From: Gemmatimonadaceae bacterium
GTDB lineage: Bacteria > Gemmatimonadota > Gemmatimonadetes > Gemmatimonadales > Gemmatimonadaceae
Assembly (NCBI GenBank): GCA_031366985.1
Contig: JANLPE010000073.1
Location: 57,701 to 121,700, forward strand
DNA length: 64,000 bases
Direction of reading: 5' to 3'
Position numbers and translations under genes: made by a program. The notes beneath the pieces were generated by a model. The model searched no databases, had not been told where the DNA came from, and saw only the letters and a list, made by a program, of their open reading frames with translations. Shown here in pieces: positions 54,846 to 64,000 of this stretch (position 1 is the first letter of the stretch; each line of letters starts with the position of its first letter).

Positions 54846-56237
54846 GTGATGTGCAAAGGTTTCGGGATGGCACCGTTCGTCGTCGCCGCGATATTCGGAT
54901 CCGCCACGCCGTCGGCGGCGAGCGCCCAAGGCGGCCCGGATGTGACGACCATGCCGGCACGTCCGACGGCTCCGTGGATTCGTGATGCGGTGATCTACGA
55001 ATTGAACACGCGCACCTTTTCAAAGGCCGGCACGTTCAACGGAGTCACCGCACGGCTCGACTCACTGAAAGCCCTCGGCGTCGACATTGTTTGGCTCATG
55101 CCGATTCACCCCTCCGCACAGCTCAAGAAAAAGGGGGGCATCGGGAGCCCGTACGCCGTCCGCGATTTCTACGCCGTCAACCCGGCCTACGGTACGAAAG
55201 CGGATTTCACACGACTGGTTGGCGAGGCGCACAAGCGCGGACTCAAGGTCATCATCGACGTAGTCGCCAATCACACCGGGTGGGACAACGTCATGATGAA
55301 GACGCCGTCGTATTATCGGCGCGATGCAAAGGGCAATGTGGTCTCGCCGTACGACTGGACCGACGTCGCTGCCCTCAACTACAAGGATGCGGGCCTTCGT
55401 ACGTACATGACGAACATGCTGGTGTACTGGGCGAAGGAGTTCGAACTCGATGGTTTCCGCTGCGATGTCGCCGGCGAAGTGTCGACGGAATTCTGGGAGA
55501 GTGCGCGCGCGGCAATCGAAAAAGTGCGTCCGGATATCGTGATGCTGGCGGAGGCGAGCAAGCCCGAGCTACTCACGAAAGCGTTCAATCTCGATTACTC
55601 CTGGCCGCTGCATTCGGCGCTCACCGACGTCCTGATGAATGGTGCATCAGCGACGACGCTGCGTGACGCGTGGCAGTCCGAAGTGAAGACGTTTCCGAAG
55701 GGCGCGCTGCATATGCGCATCTCCGACGACCACGACGAAACGCGGGCGATCGCACGTTTCGGTGCGCGCGGTGCGATGGCGGCGTCGGCACTGATGTTTA
55801 CGCTGGACGGCGTGCCGCTGCTCTACAACGGCATGGAAGTCGGCGACGGCACGGAGTCTGGTGATCCGGCGTTGTTCGAAAAGCTGGACGTCTACTGGGA
55901 TTCGTACCGACGCCGCCCAAACGGATTCCGCGAGTATTACCGCAACCTCATCGCATTCCGCAAAAGCCATCCGGCATTGCGCCGTGGAACGCTGGAGTGG
56001 GTCGCGAATTCCGACGTGGATCGCATCGTCACGTTCGTGCGCAAGGACGCGAATGAAGAGCTCGTGATCGCGATCAACGTGTCGAACCGACCGTTCTCGG
56101 GGACCGTCGAGGCGAGCGGCGCGTTCACGGAGGTCACGCCGGGGAAGGGTGCAGACAAAGCGGCCGCGCTGCCGGGTGTGCTGCCGGCGGTGAGTCTTGA
56201 CGCGTGGGGGTTCCGGGTGTTCCGGCGGGCGCGCTGA
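54846..56237 (+). CDS. GH13 alpha-amylase family glycoside hydrolase, secreted
   Basis: IDVVANHT, DGFRCDVA, LAEA, DDHDE, LLYNGMEVG. Confidence 0.9.
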   Translation: MMCKGFGMAPFVVAAIFGSATPSAASAQGGPDVTTMPARPTAPWIRDAVIYELNTRTFSKAGTFNGVTARLDSLKALGVDIVWLMPIHPSAQLKKKGGIGSPYAVRDFYAVNPAYGTKADFTRLVGEAHKRGLKVIIDVVANHTGWDNVMMKTPSYYRRDAKGNVVSPYDWTDVAALNYKDAGLRTYMTNMLVYWAKEFELDGFRCDVAGEVSTEFWESARAAIEKVRPDIVMLAEASKPELLTKAFNLDYSWPLHSALTDVLMNGASATTLRDAWQSEVKTFPKGALHMRISDDHDETRAIARFGARGAMAASALMFTLDGVPLLYNGMEVGDGTESGDPALFEKLDVYWDSYRRRPNGFREYYRNLIAFRKSHPALRRGTLEWVANSDVDRIVTFVRKDANEELVIAINVSNRPFSGTVEASGAFTEVTPGKGADKAAALPGVLPAVSLDAWGFRVFRRAR

Positions 56238-56335
56238 CTCTGGTGCGGATCGGGGAACTTTGCGGCGGTTGAACTGCTAGGTAGTCGGTGATCGGTTTGG
56301 GTTTTCGGTGGTCAACTGGGACAGCAGGGGGGCAT

Positions 56336-56974
56336 GTGCAAAGATTCAGGATGATGGCGGTGATGGGGATGCTGGCGCTTGGCGCGATGGCTGCCGGTGT
56401 CGTGGCGCAGCCGGCGAAGGCGGCGGCGACGCAAAGCGTCGTGTTCGCCGGTGGATGTTTTTGGGGCGTGGAGGCGGTGTTTGAGCATGTCAAAGGCGTG
56501 AAGAGCGTTGTCTCGGGGTATGCGGGCGGCAAAGTCGCGAGCCCGGACTACGGGACGGTGAGCACGGGACGGACCGGTCATGCCGAGGCCGTTCGCGTGG
56601 TGTTTGATCCGTCGGTGGTCACGTACGAGACGTTGCTCAAGGTCTTCTTCACTGTTGCGCATGATCCGACGGAACTCAATCGGCAGGGGCCTGACGTCGG
56701 CACGCAATACCGTTCGGCCGTCTTCACGACCGGTGACGAGCAGCTCAAGGCGACGAACGCCTATGTCGCCCAGCTGACGGCCGCCAAGACGTACGCGAAG
56801 CCGATCGTCACCCAAGTGGCACCGTTGGAGAAGTTCTGGGATGCTGAAGCGTACCACCAGAACTACCTGTATTCGCACACGACGCAGCCCTACATCGTGT
56901 ACAACGATTTGCCGAAGCTGGATGCGCTCAAGAAGCAGTATCCGGCGTTGTGGGAGAATACGAACGGGAAGTAG
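56336..56974 (+). CDS. msrA: Peptide-methionine (S)-S-oxide reductase with signal peptide
   Basis: GGCFWG, SGYAGG, GHAEAV, QGPDVGTQYRS, AEAYHQNY; start approximate. Confidence 0.93.
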   Translation: MQRFRMMAVMGMLALGAMAAGVVAQPAKAAATQSVVFAGGCFWGVEAVFEHVKGVKSVVSGYAGGKVASPDYGTVSTGRTGHAEAVRVVFDPSVVTYETLLKVFFTVAHDPTELNRQGPDVGTQYRSAVFTTGDEQLKATNAYVAQLTAAKTYAKPIVTQVAPLEKFWDAEAYHQNYLYSHTTQPYIVYNDLPKLDALKKQYPALWENTNGK

Positions 56975-57053
56975 ATGCGCAAAGCTAGAGGTCGTAAAGC
57001 GTTCTGAGGCGCGCCCTATTGCCAACGTCGCGAGTTCCTGACATGATCCTGTC

Positions 57054-57446
57054 ATGCGCCTGTTACGGGTCCGTCGCATCGGTGTACTGGTCGCGATCTG
57101 GTCGTTGGTTGCGAGCGGTAGTCCCGTGCCATTGCACGACTGCTCGGCGCGGAGTGTGGCAGGCGCGCATGGTGCGACTGACCACCGGCATTCCGGTGCG
57201 ACCCGCGCCTCGCACGAAACTTCGCGACATCATGAGTCGCCGAGTGCGCCGGACCAACATGATTGTCGATGCCTGGCGTGTGCCGGTGCGTCCACCGCAA
57301 TCGGATTGCCGACCCAAACGTGGGAGTTGCGTTCGACGACGCTTCGCTCGCGGCGCGTCGTCGCCGTTGCGGCGCCGCGGACACGTGTCCCGGTCCGCTC
57401 CGATTGGGAACGGTCCGCCACTCGCCTGAGCGCACGGCGAGTATGA
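57054..57446 (+). CDS. His/Cys-rich small exported protein (DUF2946-like)
   Basis: Hydrophobic N-terminus, LHDC, His-rich linker, HDCRCLAC; sits upstream of a TonB receptor. Confidence 0.5.
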   Translation: MRLLRVRRIGVLVAIWSLVASGSPVPLHDCSARSVAGAHGATDHRHSGATRASHETSRHHESPSAPDQHDCRCLACAGASTAIGLPTQTWELRSTTLRSRRVVAVAAPRTRVPVRSDWERSATRLSARRV

Positions 57447-57665
57447 CTGCAGTGCGCCGCTGAGCGCTCTCGCGCCCCCCGCGAGACCCGCTCGAGTTGC
57501 TTCCACTGCGTCAGGCATCCGCTGAATCGTCGGGCCTCGGCCAATGGCGTGTGAAATACGCGCCGGTCAAACAACGCCTTTCGATTTGCCTTCGGCGCAT
57601 CGCCACGCATTCGCGTCACCTTTCATCGACTCCAGCCGCGTGTGGTTCCCGGCGCGTCGGCTTCC

Positions 57666-59728
57666 ATGAACCAACTGGTAGGACGTCTCTAACGCCTGCT
57701 GCAGCGACGACTCGGCGGAGTGCTCATGTCGCTGACGGCGTCGGCGACGGTTGCCGCGGCACAGCACACAGGCGCAACGCCAACTCGGCGGGCGGATTCC
57801 GCATCCACGGCGGCGGATTCACTTGGTCGTCAACAGCGCCTCAAGACCGTGACGATCGCCGCCTCTCCGCTGCGGCCCGATGCACCCTCTAACGGCATCC
57901 ACTTGCCGGCCGCACGCTTCACCGACATGGCCGCCAACTCGCCGTGGGATGTTCTTCGTCAAGCCGCTGGCGTGGAGGTGCATCAGCAGGGGCAAGGCCC
58001 AGGCTTCGCCTCTGACGCTTCGATGCGCGGTTTCAGTTCGGATCACTCAACGGATCTCGCGTTGTGGATCGACGGCGCGCCGATCGACGAACCCGTCAAT
58101 GGCCATGCCGAAGGCTACGCGGACTGGAATCTGTTATTCCCGCGCGCGATCTCCGGCATCGATATTGCGCGAGGGCCCACACGCGTGCTCTTCGGAGATT
58201 TCGCAATAGCGGGGAGCGCAAACGTCCAAACGAAGGAACGCATGCGCGGATCGATCGTGTCGTTCGACGGAGGCAGCAACGGCCGCGCAGACGCATCACT
58301 GCTCACAGGCTTCGATCACGGCGCGCGTGGCGGCGGCGTGTTCGGCCTACGCGTCGCGCGCGAGGACGGGTTTCGACCGAGTGCCGAAAGCCGTATCAAG
58401 CAAGCGCATGCCCGCGTAACGCACGATCTCAGCTCGATTGCGACCATCGATGGCGGCGTCGAGCTCTATGACGCGACATGGCACTCTCCCGGCTTCCTGA
58501 GTGAAGACGAATATGGACGCGGTGAGTACGGCATCATTTCGAATTGGAGCGACCGAGGGTATCGGCGTCGTGCGCAGGAACGCGTGAGCTTGCGCGTCAT
58601 CCGTCACCGCTTGGTCTGGCGGACGACGGCATACGCCACCCAGAGTCGCTGGCAGCTGTTCCTCACGATTCCGCCTGCCGGTGGCCGCTTCGAAGGATCG
58701 GGAAGCCAGACGGAGGAAGAGGATTCACGGTACGGTCTGGGCCTGACGAGCGCCGCCACATGGTCACTGCCGGTTGGCGAGCTGACGATTGACGGTGAGT
58801 CCCGTTGGACCGTTGCTCGTTACGAGAAACTCGTACGCGCGACAGTACGGCGTCGGCCCTCAACGCGCGTCAGGGCGCGGGTGGGCTCTTCGCTGCCCTC
58901 GAATCTGATCGGTCTCGGCGATTCCACTTGTCGGTCGGCGCACGGGTCGATCAGCTCTCGACCACGTCAGTCCCCGACGACGCCGCGTCGCTGCATGCAT
59001 CACACGGTACCATCTCGCCGAAGCTCGGGCTTTCAGCGTTGTTCGCTGACAACGCTACCGCGTTTGCAAATGTCTCGCGCGGCTTCAAATCGACGGACGG
59101 CACGATCAGTGATCCGACGTTGCCACTCATCCAAACGTGGGCGTACGAGACCGGCGTACGACTGCACCGCGGCGAGGCAAGCGCGACCCTTGCGGTGTAC
59201 CGCATGGACGTGAACAACGAGCAGACATTCGATCCGCTGACCAATGGATCGTCGAGCGGTGGCGCGAGTCGCAGGCGAGGCATCGAAGTCGACTGGAGTG
59301 TGCCGATCGTGCCAACGATCACCACGCATGGTTCGTAGAGTTTCAACGACACGGTCTACACGTCGTCGGTCATTGGGGCTGATGACCCGACCGCGGCACC
59401 GACGGTCCTGTCCGGGCTCCGCGTGTACAACACCGCGAGATACGTTGGGTCCGCGGATGCCGAGTGGTCGAAGTCCGATCGCTTCGCAACGTTGCGTGTG
59501 GTCGGAACGTTCATTGGGTCCGACGCGCCGTTCGACGAACCAGGCGTCGCAGTCGGAGGGTATGGACTCCTGCATCTTTCCGGCAGTCTGCGCCTTGGAC
59601 CACGCGCTTTGCTGCAAATGACGATTCGGACTGCGCTTGATCGGCGCTATCCCGAGTTGATTGCAAGACACATCGTCTCTCCAGGGCAGCCGCGCGCGCT
59701 CGGCGCCGGTTTTGACGTGACCTTTTAG
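57666..59728 (+). pseudogene. TonB-dependent receptor pseudogene (at least 3 lesions)
   Basis: Plug motifs (VEVHQQGQGPG, SMRGFSSDH, IDGAPI, ARGP). In-frame TAA at 57690, frameshift near 58828, in-frame TAG at 59336; C-terminal PGQPRALGAGFDVTF. Confidence 0.85.
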
Positions 59729-59910
59729 CCCACGCGAGTGCCGGTCACGCAGCGTCATGCTGGCCGGCCGTCGAGTCTCGGTGCATCGCGCATGGGCCGC
59801 GTGGACTTGGTTACCCAGTTTCTGGATCTCGTACCACGACGGGAACGGGGGGTCGACTCGCTCTCAGATTGCGGATAACCACGGATTCGAGCGAGTCATA
59901 TATTCCAGCC

Positions 59911-61662
59911 ATGCCCCTTCGCCTATTCCGTCATGCAATGCTGGTCCTCGGCTCGCTGACGATCTGTGCCTCGATTGCGCCCGCGCAGTCATCGCGTAAA
60001 CCGACCTTCGCGGCCTTCGTCGATCAGTACCTGAGCGATTTCGCGCGACGACATCCGTCGATCGCCGCTGGGAACGGTATTCACGATTTCGACGGCACGC
60101 TCGATGATTTTTCGGCCGCCGCGATGCAGCAGGAGATTGCGGCCCTCAAGCGCGACCGCGCGATGCTGCATGCGTTCACGCCGGCGCAGCTGACCGCCGA
60201 CGAACGCGTCGATCAGAAGATCCTTGATGGCGTCATCGATGGCTGGCTGCTGGAGCAGGAAACGCTACAGAACTGGCGCCGCAATCCGATGATCTATGCG
60301 TCGGCGCTTTCAGACGGCGTGCACAACTTGATGACGATGGACAACGCGCCTGCGCCGGTCCGAATGCGGCGCATCATCAGCAAGCTCGCCAGCGTGCCGC
60401 AGTTGATCGCGGCCGCGCGGGCGAATGTCACGAACCCGCCGAAGCTGTTCGCCGAGCGCGGGGTCGTGATGTTCAGGGGCGCATCGGGGCTCTTGGCCAA
60501 CGACGTCGTGTTGGCATTTGCTACGCAGAAGGGCACGCCGCTGATGGACTCGCTGACGCGCGCGACCGCCACGGCACGGCAGCAGCTCGACCTGTACATC
60601 ACCTACCTCGATCACGATATCGCGTCGCAGGCGCGCGGTGATTTTGTTATCGGCGGCGACGCCGTCGCGCGACGCTATCGGGCCGAGGAGTTAATCGATC
60701 TGCCGCTCGATTCGCTCGTCCGCATTGGCGAACGTGAACTGAGAAAAGCGCAGTCCGACTTCAGGCTCGCGGCGGCCCGTCTCAAGCCAGGTACCGACCC
60801 GCAGGACGTATGGCGCGACATCCGGCGCGATCATCCGAAGCGCGGCGAGGTCGTGGCCTCGGCGCAGCGTATCGTCGATTCGCTGACCGCATTCGTCAAG
60901 GCGCGCGGACTCGTAGTGATCCCGACGGCCGAACGCGTGATCGTGAAGCCCGCCGAGCCATTTGATCTTGGACTCGCGTCGATGCACGCGTCGCCTCCGC
61001 TCGAGAAGACACCGGTGCAGAGCGTTTACTACATTACCGACGCGAATGCGAACGACACGCCGGAACAGCAGGAAACGTGGCTGGAACGGTTTAACTATGC
61101 ATCACTGACGAACACGACCGCGCACGAAGCGATGCCGGGGCACTGGCTCCACTCGCAATTTATGCGGAAGACGCCCGGCAAGGTGCGTCGCATTTGGATC
61201 GGCCTCAATCCATTCCCGCAACCGTCGTCGGGCCAAGACGGCTGGGCCCATTACGCCGAACAGCTGGTGGTCGATGAGCACTATGCGAACGGTGATCCGC
61301 GTTTTCAGATGGCGCAACTGAGCGACGCGCTGACACGCATCTGTCGACTACTCTCGGGCATCAAAGTCCATCGGCGGCAGTGGACGCTCGCCGAAGCCCA
61401 GCAATGCTTCGAGAAGGAAGCGTACGTCGCGGCACCGGCAGCAAAACGCGAAGCCGAACGGGCGACCTACGATCCGACGTACGGCGGCTACTTCCTGGGC
61501 AAGCGCGGACTGCTGACGCTCCGCCGAGATGTGCAGGCAAAGATGGGCACGTCGTTCAATCTGCGCGCCTTTCATGAACGGATTCTCACCAACGGCATCG
61601 CGCCGATCTGGGCGCACCGGCAGCTGATGCTGCCGGGCGATACTCGGCCCGTCATTCAGTAA
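59911..61662 (+). CDS. DUF885 family protein (secreted, HExxPGH motif)
   Basis: Signal peptide; HEAMPGH, DGWAHYAE, YFLGKRGLLTLR, FNLRAFHERIL. Confidence 0.88.
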   Translation: MPLRLFRHAMLVLGSLTICASIAPAQSSRKPTFAAFVDQYLSDFARRHPSIAAGNGIHDFDGTLDDFSAAAMQQEIAALKRDRAMLHAFTPAQLTADERVDQKILDGVIDGWLLEQETLQNWRRNPMIYASALSDGVHNLMTMDNAPAPVRMRRIISKLASVPQLIAAARANVTNPPKLFAERGVVMFRGASGLLANDVVLAFATQKGTPLMDSLTRATATARQQLDLYITYLDHDIASQARGDFVIGGDAVARRYRAEELIDLPLDSLVRIGERELRKAQSDFRLAAARLKPGTDPQDVWRDIRRDHPKRGEVVASAQRIVDSLTAFVKARGLVVIPTAERVIVKPAEPFDLGLASMHASPPLEKTPVQSVYYITDANANDTPEQQETWLERFNYASLTNTTAHEAMPGHWLHSQFMRKTPGKVRRIWIGLNPFPQPSSGQDGWAHYAEQLVVDEHYANGDPRFQMAQLSDALTRICRLLSGIKVHRRQWTLAEAQQCFEKEAYVAAPAAKREAERATYDPTYGGYFLGKRGLLTLRRDVQAKMGTSFNLRAFHERILTNGIAPIWAHRQLMLPGDTRPVIQ

Positions 61663-61668
61663 GAGGTT

Positions 61669-62811
61669 ATGCGCATGAGCGGTACGAGCAAGGTCCGTGT
61701 CGGTGTCCTCGGCGCCGGTGCGTGGGCAAAATTCGCGCATCTCCCTGGCTACCAACGTGATCCGCGTTGCGAACTCGTGGCGATCGCCGACCCGATTATC
61801 GAACGCGCGCAGGAATTCGCGGCGGAGTTCGGGATTCCTCATGTGTATGGGTCGCACGAGGAACTGATCGCGCGCACGGATCTGCATCTGGTCGATGTGT
61901 GCACGCCGAGTGCGACGCACTTTGAACTGTCAATGGCGGCGCTCGAATCTGGCAAGCACGTGCTTTGCGAGAAGCCGGTCGCGTATGATTTCGCGGAGAC
62001 GCGCCGGGCGGCGGCGTTGGCGAAGTCGAAAGGTCTCAAGACGAAACTCGGCTTCACCTTTCGCTACAGTCCCGCCATGCAGTTTATGAAACAGCTTATC
62101 GACGACGGCTTTATCGGCACGCCGTTCATCTTCAACGGCTACGAACAGAACTCGCAGTGGCTCGATCCGCAGAATCCACTGCGTCAGGTCGATCATGAGG
62201 CGGATCAGTCGGTGATCCAGGTGTCTTCGCTGGAGGGCTACGGCGCGCCGATCATGGATATCGGCCATCTCTTCATGGGCAGCCGTTTCAAGTCTGTCGT
62301 CGGCACGATGAAGAACTTCATCCCCGAGCGGATGGTGCGTGCGACGGGCACCATGATGCGCATGAATATCGATGACGGCGACATATTTATCGGCGAGTTC
62401 GACAACGGCGCAATCGGTTCGATTCAGACCAGCTTCGTGACGGTGGGGAACTATCCGGGCATCGAAGCGCGCGTCTACGGCAGCAAGGGCGCGCTGATCT
62501 GCCGGCTGGTCGAAGAGAACGGTATTTGCGAAGTGCTCAAGGCGGCGTCGGCGGACCAGGTGGAATTCCGCGAGCTCGAGGTGCCGGAACGGTTCTATCC
62601 ACCGGGGGGCTCCAAGCACGAGTCCTGGCGTTCGCTCTTTTATGCAAACCTCGTGCATTCGTTCATTTCGGAAATCCTGAGCGATGGGCCGGAGAACGAA
62701 GGCAATTTCGAAGACGGCGCGCATGTGCAGGAACTCATTAATGCGGTGGAGCAGTCTTTCCGTGAACGGCGGTGGGTGAACATCCCGTTGACTGCGGACG
62801 GTGTGTCCTGA
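61669..62811 (+). CDS. Gfo/Idh/MocA family oxidoreductase
   Basis: VGVLGAG, VCTPSATH, GKHVLCEKP, NFEDGAHVQELINAV. Confidence 0.92.
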   Translation: MRMSGTSKVRVGVLGAGAWAKFAHLPGYQRDPRCELVAIADPIIERAQEFAAEFGIPHVYGSHEELIARTDLHLVDVCTPSATHFELSMAALESGKHVLCEKPVAYDFAETRRAAALAKSKGLKTKLGFTFRYSPAMQFMKQLIDDGFIGTPFIFNGYEQNSQWLDPQNPLRQVDHEADQSVIQVSSLEGYGAPIMDIGHLFMGSRFKSVVGTMKNFIPERMVRATGTMMRMNIDDGDIFIGEFDNGAIGSIQTSFVTVGNYPGIEARVYGSKGALICRLVEENGICEVLKAASADQVEFRELEVPERFYPPGGSKHESWRSLFYANLVHSFISEILSDGPENEGNFEDGAHVQELINAVEQSFRERRWVNIPLTADGVS

Positions 62812-64000
62812 ACGCCACGACTGAGGGTACCGCGCTCGACGCCTTCTTCGCGGACTACTGGGATCGTCATCCGGTCACGGCGACATTCACGGGGCTGCAC
62901 GCCGACGATCATCGCCTGCCGGACTGGTCTCGTGACGCGCGCGACGCGGAGTTGGCCAAGTTGCAGATGCTATCGGCGCGATTGCTGGCAGAGCACCCGA
63001 TGCCGGCTGATGGCTACGCCGGCTTGGCGCGTGATGATCGCGCAGTGGATGGCGAACTGGCGCGCGCCTATATCGACGTGCGCGTCGGCGAGTTCCGCAG
63101 CGGATTCTTTCGCGATCGAAATCCGGCGCTCTGGACCGGCGAAGCGATCTTTGGCGTCGTGTCACTGATGATCCGCCCGTTCGCGCCGGCCGCGGAACGT
63201 GTGACCAGAATATCGGCGCGGATGCGGGCGATTCCAAGATTCCTCGCGACCATGCAGTCGACGATTCAGGGGCCGGTGCCCTCCCTCTGGCGCGATCGCG
63301 CGCGGCGCGAGTGCACGGCGGCGCAGTCGCTGTTCGACGACGGCTTGACGAAGTGGCTGGCGGCGAGTGGCATTGACGAGACGGAGGTCGTGCTCGCCGA
63401 TGCGGCGTTCGCCTGCACGGCCTTCGCCGCGGCCGACGCGTGGCTCGCCGACCTGCCGGCCGCTGATGCGACGGGGTATTCGTGCGGTGAAGAGCTGCTG
63501 GCACTGCTGCTCGCGCGCGGGCACTTCTGCGAGCAGTCGCCGCGAGATTTGCTTGCGCGCGCGGACGCGGCCATTAAGGTCGAAAACACTCGCCTGTCCG
63601 AGGCATTGCGCCGCGCGAACATGGACTGGAGCGCCGCGCAAGCCGCGATGGCGGCCCAGCACGCCGACGTCGACGACTACTACGCAGCGTTCACGGTGCG
63701 GTGGTGGGAGATCCATGACACGGTGATCGCGGCGGATGTCGTGACGTGGCCGGAGTGGCCAATTCGCTATGTGCCGATCCCCGATTGGGCGCGGGACGCA
63801 CAACCGGCGTTGTACTGGCTCTTTTATCGATCGCCGGCGCCGTTCGATCCGTACACGCGCTACGACTATGTCGTGACGCCCATCGACGACTCGATGCCGG
63901 ACGATGTACAGGCGGCGCGGCTCGCCGTCTGGAACGACAGCACGATCACGCTGAATCACGTCGTGCATCACGGCGGCGTCGGTCATCACGTGCAGAACTG
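62808..64000 (+). CDS. Second DUF885 family protein (runs off window end)
   Basis: Open frame absent from the ORF track: LDAFFADYWDRHPVTATFTGLH..DHRLPDWS...LYWLFYRSPAPFD...ITLNHVVHHGGVGHHVQN. Start codon uncertain (CTG 62808 or GTG 62772). Confidence 0.8.
   Translation, partial: MNATTEGTALDAFFADYWDRHPVTATFTGLHADDHRLPDWSRDARDAELAKLQMLSARLLAEHPMPADGYAGLARDDRAVDGELARAYIDVRVGEFRSGFFRDRNPALWTGEAIFGVVSLMIRPFAPAAERVTRISARMRAIPRFLATMQSTIQGPVPSLWRDRARRECTAAQSLFDDGLTKWLAASGIDETEVVLADAAFACTAFAAADAWLADLPAADATGYSCGEELLALLLARGHFCEQSPRDLLARADAAIKVENTRLSEALRRANMDWSAAQAAMAAQHADVDDYYAAFTVRWWEIHDTVIAADVVTWPEWPIRYVPIPDWARDAQPALYWLFYRSPAPFDPYTRYDYVVTPIDDSMPDDVQAARLAVWNDSTITLNHVVHHGGVGHHVQN

Noticed and set aside
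57447-57665. Possible cobalamin riboswitch ahead of the TonB receptor
   Set aside because: No GGGAA / B12-box / GCCACTG elements visible
62887-63989. Several mid-size ORFs in the track at the right end
   Set aside because: Shadows of the uninterrupted DUF885 frame that runs off the window

Overview
GC-rich bacterial chromosomal window. The gene set (SusC/SusD-type pair, DUF1592/DUF1552/ankyrin triad, beta-propeller amidohydrolase, many lipoproteins, PEP-CTERM protein) suggests Gemmatimonadota; this is inference from gene content only. I found no rRNA, tRNA or CRISPR array. Left to right: (1) OPT transporter and S9 peptidase; (2) a tightly coupled minus-strand redox operon nfnA-nfnB-korA-korB ending in a 733-aa protein that joins a degenerate PFOR-beta-like domain to a C-terminal ferredoxin, facing an Isf-like tandem flavoprotein; (3) a YeeE/YedE pair; (4) a decaying accessory zone at about 14.3-20.5 kb with nested IS remnants, several pseudogenes, a class I fumarase and an MBL hydrolase; (5) a 934-aa Ig/PKD lipoprotein with a possible Cys-His-Asp triad; (6) secreted hydrolase-like genes (SBP56-like, AUDH-like propeller, M28 peptidase, cyanophycinase-like), then acyl-CoA dehydrogenase, GNAT and SusC/D; (7) the DUF1592-DUF1552-ankyrin operon and an atypical SDR; (8) a minus-strand five-gene run at 45.8-50.2 kb: ATP-grasp, ATP-grasp+SET fusion, NBD-less ABC membrane domain, membrane-anchored RNase-toxin-like protein, immunity-like protein. 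The two ATP-grasp genes are joined by a chain of three ATGA-overlapping 5-codon mini-ORFs. This run is my best candidate for an undescribed system; (9) tesB, amidohydrolase, GH13, msrA, a broken TonB receptor, and a DUF885-Gfo/Idh/MocA-DUF885 operon running off the right end. All family calls come from motif recognition by eye, not database searches.
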